Shown in pieces: positions 29,701-41,700 of a stretch of DNA of 60,000 nucleotides. Within the stretch, counting starts at the first letter, position 1. Each line of letters begins with the position of its first letter. Both the position numbers and the translations under genes were made by a program. The stretch is taken from positions 10,852,001 through 10,912,000 of the forward strand of contig NC_087252.1 in the NCBI RefSeq assembly GCF_037042905.1. Reading direction: 5' to 3'. Source of the DNA: Lytechinus pictus (lineage: Eukaryota). The notes under the pieces were generated by a model. The model was not told the origin of the DNA. It was given only the letters and a program-made list of their open reading frames with translations, and made no database searches.

Positions 29701-32700
29701 GGACCATTACACCAGAGTTCCTCATACACATAGTGGAAGGGGTTCTTAACATGCAAAGGTGATGACTCAATTTGAAACAGGGACTCTATTAAAAACATCC
29801 TATCTGAGGAACAGACTGTTCTCCACTGTAATAAAACCTGCATCTACGAAATGGAAGGGACATTGTTACACACAACAAAGGATTCTGTAATCAAATGCAG
29901 GATGGACTCGAACCGAACCATCTTTTCAAGTCTTCTAACTTACGAGAGAAAGTTCCTGGTGGGCATGGCTCCTCGATGGTCGTTCCCTCTGGGCAGTAGT
30001 ACCCTGGAGTGCAGGCTACAGGATCGCGAACCTCTGCACTACCGTTACAGAAGTAGCCCGCCTCACAGTCACCATCAGGGATGGGGTTTGCATAGTCCTC
30101 GCAGTATTGACCCGGAGGGCACTGGAGCGGTTGGTCAGAACCTTCAGGGCAGTACGTACCTAGAAAACAGAAAAAAATGGAAGAATAACAACTGGTTACA
30201 CTAACAGTTCATTCAAAGTTAGGAGAACTGGATAAAGTCACGAGCACACTCCATAATCTGTTTGAGATCTGACTTTGAAACACCTGTAATAGCATTTGAT
30301 CTGGCCTAGTCGAACCAATGCTCCTTAGATGCTAATTATTTGTGCAATCTCCTCCAGACCAATGGACTGCTACATATACAAATTACATTATAATTTCACT
30401 TAGTCAAAGACTTACAAGTTTACCAACTGAATTTCCTAAAGTGTCATAAAATATCAACAAAGTGGGACAGTGGTAATAAGATTACCAAGCAAGACTTCTT
30501 CCAAGGTGCATCCATTTTGTTTGTTTGTTTGCCACTCTTAATTAGTAAGAGTCACTTTAATCAAAACCACTTCTTTTATAAGTCTAATGGGCAGATATCT
30601 CAAGTGTACAATAAGGAAATACATTAGAAATTAACAGATACATGAACAAAGACTTACCACTTTGAGAAATAAATTTCCTAAAATTATCAAGGGATTAAAA
30701 ACAGTTTCTTTGGTCATACCTGGTGGGCAGATATCTCCAGTGTTGTTGAGTGCGTAGATGGGGCAGTCAATCATGAGGTCTGATATGAGGGTTTCGTTGA
30801 CCTCAGGTTGAGGTTTGCTGCTATAGGCACCACGGGTACAGTACCAGCCTGGTGAGCAGTCAGCCGTTGGGACGTCATTGCCGTCACCTTCACAGTACTT
30901 GCCAGCTGCATAGGGAAGAGAGGGAGAAAGATATTCATTCACCAAGCAAATCATTCACAAATCTTTTCACTGCTGATGACAACCTGCCAGAAACGTGGAG
31001 TCTTCTCATCTGCTCCTGTTCTACAACTCTGCTCAATGACTCAAGCCAGCTTTCTCTCATCTTCTCAAGCCTCTCTCACCTCCAATCTCAAGCCTCTCAT
31101 CTTGCCTACCACTCAAGCTTTTCTACTCTTTCTGGATTACAGTCCTTTTAAGAATTACACTCATTTCCGAAAGAGAGCTCAACTTTCTAATCTCCACTTT
31201 CTCGCCCATCCATCTCACTTCTACATCTAACCACTTTCTCTTAGTCCTTTCCAGGACTTTATACATGGTGTACCGTAAACTATTTACAGGGAAGTTACAT
31301 GTAATAAGACTACTGGAATATGTAATATAAAGTGGCAATTAGTTGAACACTGACCTGTACAAGGCATACAATCATAGACATCATCTCCCCTAGTTCTGTT
31401 GTTGAAATTCCCTGCAGGGCATGGGTACTGGGTAGAGTATTCTGTTCCAGTCGGGCAGTAATATCCTATAAAGAGACAAAATATGTTGGATGGTAAAATA
31501 TTGTGGTTTGGGTACACTCGGTCTACTAGCACATCGTCAACTAGCTGATGGTTCAATTCTCAGATTGTAAAATGGCTAAACCCACTTGGTCTACTATTAA
31601 TTCGGTCTAACAACCATTTGGTCCAACCATCACTTGGTGTAACACTCATAGGCCCGTATTCTGAAGTCAGGTTTAACTTAGACCATGGTCTAACTCTGTG
31701 CTAAAATTATGGGAAGCCAAAAGTGTCAAAATTTAAGTATTTAAGTATTAAGTTGTTTCTTATGTTTACTGTGCTATTTACCGATTCATCGATGGTGAAG
31801 ACAATCATCTATTTATACTTCATAGACATAGACTATTATAAATGATTTGAGAGCCAAATGAGCTGAAATATGATATCTCTACTGATAGTGATTTATGTAA
31901 CAATTGGCTATCCATACTTAAACCACAACATTAAACCTGAGTTTAAGTTAAACCCGAGTTCAGAATACGGGCCATAGGGTCAAACTGTCATGTTATACAT
32001 CGCATGTACAAAAAACACCCACCAACCTAATTTTCTTTTCCCCTGTTACAGCACAGAAACTATTTTATGGTGCTAATTTATATCCTTACCTTTAGGGCAT
32101 GGTGCATCCATGTAGGTGGTTGAGTTGGCTACACAGTAGTAGCCCTGCTCACAATCAAGGCACGCAGCCTTGGTGGTGAGTGAGTTATAGGTTCCAGCCT
32201 CACATGGGATGGGTTCAGGAGTAGCTCCAGGACAGTACGTTCCCTCTTGACATGGTCCTAAGAAAATCAAAAGATAATAATCGAATTTATACAACTCCCA
32301 AGAATGTTATGTAATCTGATTAGTCCAAATCGGATCACATGATATTCAGCAAATTGCACTATTGCATCCAAAATGCACTATCCTGCACTCTGTCGTCATA
32401 CAAAATGCACTATCCTGCACTCGTGACGTCAGAGTGCAGGATAGTGCAAGTTCTGAAATTATCTAGAATTATCTAGAATTTACATCAAATATAGCATTCG
32501 GGGCAACTCAGTAACATGGGTGAGGGGGGGTTGCATAAAACACAGAATACATGCATTCTTGTGCATAGAGGACCTTAATAACGAACTCTGCGCTCGGCTC
32601 GCAAAATGCATATACCGCACTCGGACCTCGGTGCGGTATATCAATTGGCTCTTCTCGCACATCGTATGGCATGCACGCGCTTACGTGCATTATTTGTATT

Positions 32701-35700
32701 ATAGCGCCTTTAGAGTTAAGACTAATATGAGTGTTTTCAATTGCTTATTGAATAGGTAAAAATGAGGAAACTTACTGAAAGTAAGGCTTGTAAAATATAA
32801 CCATCAACTCAGTCAGAACACAAGATTAAATGTGGGGAGAGTGTTAATAACACTGTCCTCACAGTACTATCCTTGCACACATGTTTCAGTCACATTGACC
32901 TGACTCTTGAGTGTAGTAGTGATAAACAATATATTATACATCCTTATATATTAGCAGGGAATAATTTTGCTTGACATATTGAACAGCATTTTTGGTCATA
33001 AGAGAAAAGCTCTCAACTAAAGTAATGTACTGTCCTATGTGAAAATATGCCATACAAAAGACTTTATGCATAGCCGTCTTTCAAAAATGTGGAGCAAATT
33101 GCGATGCGATACCAGGAAAATTATTCCCTGATTAGTAAACACACTTATCACAGACTCCAATGGAGTGTAAACATACCTCCAACTCCAGTGTTATTGCTGT
33201 TGGGGGCAGGCGTGTTCACACCGATCTCACAGTAATAGCCAGGGGCACAGGGGCCTGTCACATTGACCTGACCAGGAGTATCGCAGTAGTATCCGGGGTC
33301 ACACTGGGTGCACTCATCGGCTGTAGCTAGCTCCTCTACCGGGCCATAGGTTCCTGGGCATTATAACATTGTTTAGTGCATATGTTACCACTTGATTTCC
33401 TATCACAAGCTTCAAAATGTATTAATAAAATACATTGATAATGAGGTTTTGAAACAAGTCTTGTCTGGAAAATGACAAGTCTCATGTTTGCTACGACTTT
33501 CACACCCCTGTTTAAATGGTGGTGTTTAATTTCATATGGAATAATGAGTTAAAACTACATGTAATCACTATCATAATCAACAATATCACCATCATCATAA
33601 TAATCATCACCATCATCATCATCATTACCATCATCATCACCATCATCACCATCATCATCATCACTATCATCACCATCATCATCATCATTACCATCATCAT
33701 CACCATCATCACCATCATCATCATCACTATCATCACCATCATCATCATCATCACCATCATCACCATCATCATCATCATCATGGTCATCATCATCTTTGTT
33801 ATTTTTATCATCATAATCACCATCATAATCATTTTTAACATCATCACCATCAACATCATCATCATCATCACCACCATCATCATCACCTTCATCATCATTG
33901 ACCATGCATCAACTTACCAATAGGGCAAAGATCATCAGGCAGAGCTGTTCCGAGGGGACAGAAGTTACCCATGGGGCACGGCAACGGATTGATCTTGTTG
34001 GAGTAGCAGTAGTAACGGGCAGGACAGGTGTAGCAGGCGTCGGCTTGGGTGTGGTTCATGTAGTCACCTGAGAGAGAAAGAAAAAGAAAGAGTGGAAAAG
34101 AAGGTATAAGGTACCAATTCAAGACAACATACTGCAAATATTGAATAACTGACTGTACAAACATATTACACTATACATAGAGCTACAATATTGTATTCAT
34201 TTAATTACACTTGGGTGAGAGCATGTCTTATATGTTTTTAGAGATGTGAAATAAATGAATTTTGAATTTGAATGACCAACACCCTATTTTCATTTCCATC
34301 CTTTGGAGGTTTTTTTCAAAGAGCTTTGAACATTCTCATGGGAAAAGAATTGATGTTACAAGAATTTATTGTTTTATCATTATAATTATCATTTATCCAA
34401 TAAAACACACAGTATCTTATAGCCTAAACATCATACATGTAGCTATTTCAGGGCATAATCATTTAAACAACCTAGTAATGAATTGGAATAGTAATATTCA
34501 AGTCTGGGGAATTTACCAAGACCAATAATACCCATGTGCTTTCTGCTAGAATGGGGCTATAAAGGTAAAATACAGTAGTTGCAGCAAACAAATATTTCAT
34601 GAGAGAGTCTTTAAATCAAGATTAATTGTCAAAATATAATCATACATCCAGCTGTGGTACATTAATGCAAACTTATCGTTGTAAAATCATGAAATCTTAG
34701 CTAAAAAGTGATAATTCTGATGATCAATAACACAGAAAAGCATATGTGGGACAGTGTGTTAATATTGCTTCGAAAAATACCCGACATTTGATGATATTCC
34801 ATGCTGATTTTGCTCCTTTCTCAGCAATTACCCACATTCTTCCAGAGCTATTTGGCACATATTTTTAATTTATACATAGAAACACTTTGGTTGTAATTTC
34901 ATTGGATTCTGTTCAAACTTACTTTGAGATATCTATAGTCAAAATAAACACATTTACTCACCATCTGCACAAGGTTCATAGATGCTGCTTCCCTGGACAC
35001 AGAATGCTCCCGGTGGACAGACATCGCCCGTTTCACCGTCCATGGGCGTGGCATCATCGGCGCCGCCCAAACAGTAGAAACCGGCATCGCAGTCACCTGA
35101 TAAGGTCAAGTGTCACGTGACAGGTTAAATGGGTAACTCTTCTTGACAATCTTGCACATGCAATCCAATCTACAACAAAGTTTATAGCTAAGTACACAAA
35201 TGACATACATGTATTTCAAGCAACCAAATACTTCATGAGAAACACTTGAAAATTAAGTAAATTTTCACAATATCCTGGACTCGAACTAGTGCTTGCCCGG
35301 GACAAGTAACATATTGTGCCGGGCAAGTAAAATTTTGACCAGATGATTTCATATCTCCAAACTAAACAGGTTCACATCAGGAAAGAATATATTTTTGGTT
35401 GTGGTTCTTATTAATGCTTATTTTGAGTCATGTTATTTAAGGGACTCTGCACTTCAAACATTTTTTTTGTTCATGCTTTAGTCCCTACTGTGTAGTATTA
35501 TTACCAATGTAACATTATATTCTGTCAATTTATTTCTTGCAATGCAAGGTGCAAAATAAAACAAACAAACAAACTCAGGTAGAGTGAATTCACTTCTAAT
35601 GCACAGATATCATCAACTTCAATCAAGTTTTTGTGGGGAAACATTGTCAACTTGGCACCAGGAAATAGTCTGCCCCGATCTCTTCCTGATGTGCACCGAT

Positions 35701-38700
35701 AACATTACTGTAATACTACTGTACTTGTGTTCATGGAGATGGTAACATACTCACCTGTATAGTTGGTCATGCCTTGTTCCCCGCAATACTTTCCACCTGG
35801 ACAGTCCAAGCAGTCGGTCAAGTTGGCCTGGTTGGACAGGGGATTGTAGGTACCCGCTGGACAGTTCTCTGGAGCGGGGCTACCCTCGGGGCAGTAGGAT
35901 CCAGCCGGGCAGTCGTCACCGTAGCTCTCCCCGGACGGGTTGGGGTTGATGGCACCCAGGGTGCAGTAGTGACCCTCCTGGCACTTGGCAGTAGGAGTAG
36001 TCAGTCCTAGGGGAATGAAGCAGAGCAAAGGACAAATGTGATTTATCACCCCATTTAACCAAATGATTTTATCAATTAAAGGGATTGTTTCATTTTGTAA
36101 GCATCTGAATTAAAAAATTCTCAAAGTAAGATGAAACGTGTGTATGAGTGCCTGTATTTGTCCTCAAAAAACGCAAAACAGCCTATGTAGAATGAAAAAA
36201 ATTTAGACACAAGTAGCAATTTATTAGCCTAATTAGCCTGTAAGATGCATTCAGTTCCTGCCCAGTTTACCCAAATTCGAAAAGTATTTTAGCTGTGTTG
36301 ACTGCCTTCTGCTGTGTGCATCTCCTATGCACACACTATTGTCAGCTGCACTGTGAATTCAGTGTTCAGAGCAAAGTGAAATGATCACTTTAACCAGTCT
36401 TTTCCTGGGCAATAGATTTGTTCAACATGATTATCAGTAATGGCAATATACAGGGTATTGAATTTTAACTGGTTTTCACTATTTCACATTATTTTCCTCA
36501 ATGACCAGTATTACTACATGTAGATCTAGATCTATGATAGTAAAATGTATGACAATAAATCATGAGTTTAAAGGCTGCATTTTGAATGTATTACTCCCTG
36601 CAACTCTTCAAGCTCTATTCAGTGCTTTGAAAAGACAAATAACAAGATATAATCTAGTCTTTGATGACAAAATCATTATAAAAAAACAACTTGTACATAT
36701 TTATGCATATAAAAGTGATGTGCATATTTTACATGCTGTATACAGCCACACAATATTCATCTAATGAGCAGTGTTCACATTGGAGAAATGTATTCCTACC
36801 TTCAGTCAAGCAGTAATACCCTGGTGTGCACAGTTCACACTCAGTGACGTTTTCCAGTCCTGTCTCGTTACTGAACGTTCCCTGAGGACACTTTATTCCC
36901 TGGTCTGAACCCTTTGGACAGTAGTATCCTGGCAGGCACTCGTAACCGGTCTCCCCGTCAGTGGGATGGGAGTTGTTTGCACCAGAAACACAGACGAAGC
37001 CAGCATCACAAAGATCCTTGTATTCGGTCAAGCCTGTATAGGCACACAGATACATGGAAGAGAGGTTATGTGAGGTATTGGTACACCATTAGGTGAGTCC
37101 TAGAAAGACTAAGAAAAGTGGATAGAATTCGAAGTGAAATGGAGCGGCAAGAGAATGGAAAGTTAGAAGGTAATATTTTTTTCTAGAATGGATGTAGTCC
37201 TTAAAAGACTGTTAATTATCAAAAAGGTGAGACGCTTGAGTAGTTAGAAAGATGAGAGAAGGCTGGCTTGAATCGGCGGGTGGAATTGTAGAGAAGGAAT
37301 TCATGTGACTTGATTGTATCACAATTTTACTGCAGGTCTATAATATCAATGCAAAGGTGATTGAATAACATTTTGATTATTTACACACCCAAGCGAGACA
37401 AGAAAGGATATCTTTATGAGCGAGTGTGCTTTATTGACAGTTCCTGCAAAACATGTTTCAATGTGGAAAATTATTAAAAGGAAACCAAACTTAGGGTCTT
37501 CTTTATGTGGATAGGCTGTGAAATAGGCATGAGAAAAGAGATTTCGGGAGATGAGCCAGATTCCCTACGGCAGGAGTCTCACGTCTAAGGCATGTCTGGA
37601 CCTACCTAGATCATCACAGTAAGTCCCTCCAGGACAGGACTGGCAATCGTCCGCACTATCCCGCTGGGTTCTGTTGCTGAAGGTACCGTAGGGGCAGAGG
37701 AACTGGGTGGCTGACTCGGTACCCGCTGGGCAATAGGAACCTGTCGGGCACACTGTCGGGTTGACCACACCGTGGGAGGCTACACCATAGAAGGTTGCTG
37801 CCTCGTTTGCATCACAGTAACTGGGATTATGGAAGAAGGTGAAAGAATAGAAAATAAAGAATAATCAGGTTGGTGTTTCATAAAGCTGTTCGTAACTTAC
37901 ATGTATGAGCACCTTAACTAATGGTGACCCTTTCTAAGAAACTAAAATAAACACCGATGAAAATCTGGTGTGTATCTTTCCCCACAAGAAAGGATCACTA
38001 GTCGTTCATAAAGTTGGTAGTAATTTACAAACAGCTTTATGAAACACACACCAGTTCCAAAATATTCACACGTTCACAATTATATATAATAATTTTTGTA
38101 TAATACATTTGGTTCGCTGTATTTCAGTTATTTGTCCTTTGTAACTTTACAAATTAATCCCCATACAGGAAATGGTAGCCGGAAGCATTGTTCCTTGCAT
38201 GTGTAAATTGCTACTGCTGCTGTAGTTTAAGAATTGTTAGACACACCCCAAGTCCTTCAGAAGCTTGACATAGACATTACCTCATCATGTGAGATTTGCT
38301 AGAGCATAGATTGCAGGTTAAAACCTGATTTGCAAAAGCGGTTTCTCCAAATGAGCCTTTGACTCTAATGGCCGGCTCACACTATGCGATTCGTTGCGAA
38401 ACACTTTTTCAAGAAATCGCATTTTGCATTAAATATGAAAGTTCCAAGAAGTAGAATTAGTTCATTCAACGTTTGGCATAATGTTAGGAATACTAAAATC
38501 ATATTTTTACTTTGCGGCAGAACCTGTGGTCGGAGCAAAGTCCAAATCGGCTTCAAGTCGCAGCCGATGATGACGTCATTACGATTTGGATTTGAATTTG
38601 TTTTAATTCATTCAAGAAAGTTCGAACTGGACTGAATTCCAATTTCAGTAGTCCTACCACTATTTTGAACTCTTATCCGTAAAATTTTATTAGTTGGAAT

Positions 38701-41700
38701 GTCCATATCAAATGTTATCACAGTTTCTTTGACATTCGGATCGCAACAAATCGCATAGTGTGAGCCGGGCTTAAGAGGTGTCAACAACTTACTATCCTTG
38801 ATTACATTCCTTGCACTCCCACGCCCCCTCTTCATCCTGGTACTCTCCAGACGGACACGGATCAGGGGCAGGGCTTCCCTGGATACAGAAGTGACCGATG
38901 GTACAGTTGTACTCTTCGGGTGCGGCCGTGTCTTGACCGGCTGGACAGTAGTAGCCTCGGTCACATTCGTCCGATGGGGCGGTCAACGCGTTGCCTGCAC
39001 AGTACATGCCGGGTATGCAGTCTAGACAGTTGGCACGCTCAGTGTTCTCTGTTTGAGGAAACAAATTAAAAAGCAAAGGTGATAGACTTGTATAAGTGTT
39101 TCGATGTTTGCTGAAACCTCTCAGAGGAGATTTCAAATCTGACAATAATGCAGAGCCAATTCCTTTATTTTGCTGCAGAAATTGTAAATGTACGATCACC
39201 TGCCCTACTGCAGCCAACTGGATAACATAGTCGAAAAGGATCTTTACATGAAAGCAAGTCTTCACAGGATCATGACACGTAAGTGCTCCCATGAATACTA
39301 GTACAAGATCATGAAATGATACACACAATCTCAAGAGCATCTTATGTGATTAAGTTTATCAGGACTTACGTGTTGTGTTGGAGAAAGTTCCTGCGGGACA
39401 AGGTGTCGGTGTGGGTGAACCCTGGACACAGTAGTATCCAGCTGGACAGATGCCATAGTCAGGATCAGGCTGGGATGCACTGCCATTGCAGAAGAAACCT
39501 GTAGCAGAGAAAGGAAGTGATTAGTAAAGGACCAAACTACTTTGAAAATAGGGGAGATCCAAGAATTCCCAGCATCAAAGAGATCCTGTGGCTCCGATAG
39601 TCTATTAGCCCCACCCTAAATGTAAAATGAACTAGCCCAATCTTCCACATACCAATATAGACCTAATGGCAATTGCACTCAAGAATAAAGGAAGGATACA
39701 ACTATTACATGCATCTGAAAGATCTCCAGGCTTACCTTTAACAGTCTAACCCTACATGGTTAACGGTTGAGCCCAGTCTTCACCATACCCATATAGAGCT
39801 AATGGCCATTCTACTCTAGAAATATGGGTGGCCCAACAATTACCTGCATCACAAAGATCTCTGGGCTCTGCTAATCTATAGTACAACCTTAAATAGTTAA
39901 TAGACAAGCCCAGTCTTCCACATAAACATATAGAATGGCAATTCCACTCTAGAAATAGGAGTGGCCCAACAATTACCTGCATCACAGAGATCTTGAGGCT
40001 CTGCTAATCCATAGTCCATGCAGAACGATCCTGGATCACAGGGCACAGGGTAGTAGCTTCCGCTGGGACAATACGTCCCTGGCCAACACTTGCCCCCAGT
40101 GTAGTTGGTCAGCGGGCAAGAGCACTCGGACAGGTCAGTGGCGTTGTCCGATTGCAGGGGTTCAGCCATGTACGATCCTCCAGTGCAGTACCATCCGGCG
40201 CTGCAGTTACCCGAAGTCTCACTAAGACCATCAGCTGTAGAGGACAAAGCAAATGACGGGTGGTTAGATTTTTCACTTTTTTTTTCAACTGCTTGAATAG
40301 GGGTGAGTTATTTGAATAAGAATTTATTTTTGTTTGGTTGCCCTGACACTCAATACTCTACTGTAAACTGTTATATTCTTTACGCTAACTATTTTATTTT
40401 TTCGACACGTTGTAAGGGTGATCGGTTGTGTTTTAGCTCTTTTAAGAACGTATTGAAACGCTACTGTGAAATTGAAAGGATTCTCAGTCAAAAACATCAT
40501 AATTTTGTTTTATCATTAGATAATAGTACGCATGTACAGTTGTTGTAAACATGTTCGCTTCATGATTTTTCTGTAAATTGAATTGCTTTCGTGTTTGATT
40601 TTGAATAAACATTTTTTATGAAAGAAAAAAAAGGAGTTTAGCACTAACTTACATAATTGATCAGGACAACAAAGGCAGTCAAATTTGTTCCCTCCACTGA
40701 TTTATATTTACATGTGGTATCTTCAGGCGAACATCAGATAAGAAATCTGTATCCCTATTTACCTGTTTAACCTACTTACCCAATAACCAACCATACAGGA
40801 GGAATATTCCATTCAATGCTATAGAGGTAAGTTCGCACATTCTTTCACATCAACAGGTGGTCATTACAAGCAGTAATAAAGTCATTTCTATGGGTAAACA
40901 TCAGATATAAAATCTACACCCCTCTTTTCCGGATGGTTTCACCCATGTTCCTATCCCCCAACACAACAGAGGAATATTCCATTCATATAAAAGGGGTGAC
41001 TTAGCACTTACTTTCACAGAATTCACCCGGTGGGCAGGAGAGGCAGTCCTCAAGCTCATTGCTCCCGTTGACAGGGTTGTAAGATCCCATAGGGCAGGGA
41101 TTCTCGTATCGACTGGCAGTCATCTCTGGACAATAGTAACCTGGAAAGAATGAGATTTAACTCATGTTAACACGTTGCAGTGTGATGACATGAATGATAT
41201 TAATGGGAAAGAGAGAAGGGGGGGGGGACAAACTTAAGATGAGCAGAGGAATAACAGATCAACATGTTGGTCCACGTATCCAAACTGCCAAAATGTTCTC
41301 TAAGGTTTTGCTTTTTTTGTATATTAAAATAAAACCAGAATCATTAAAATGACAATTTCAAAAATATGTGCAATAGTAAAATCTTATTCAGTGAATGTTT
41401 GTAAAAGAGTCCCCTCCAATCAATTAATTTTTTTCAATTCACTTTCACAAATTGATTTTAATGGCCAAGGATTATTGAATGAACATAATTCACAAGGATA
41501 TCAATTAATTTGTTAGTTGCATGTTTGGCTGTCAGTACCATTGTTTATTTTTACTGCTATTTGTTGTTTTTTATTTAACAGGGCAACATATATAACAACC
41601 AATATGGTGATTGTAATATGGTGACTAAAATAAATATATAAATTGATAAATCGATTGATGTATCTTCAATTCTTATTTTTCAGCTCACCTTCAGGGCAAA

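Noticed and set aside
29650..29880. Possible degenerate exon (DAGF-like fragment on the minus strand)
   Set aside because: Similarity too weak to support by eye
38790..38795. Apparent in-frame TAG after CKECNQG
   Set aside because: It is split by a phase-2 donor (TA|gtaagt) and joins T of the next exon to give TAT (Tyr)
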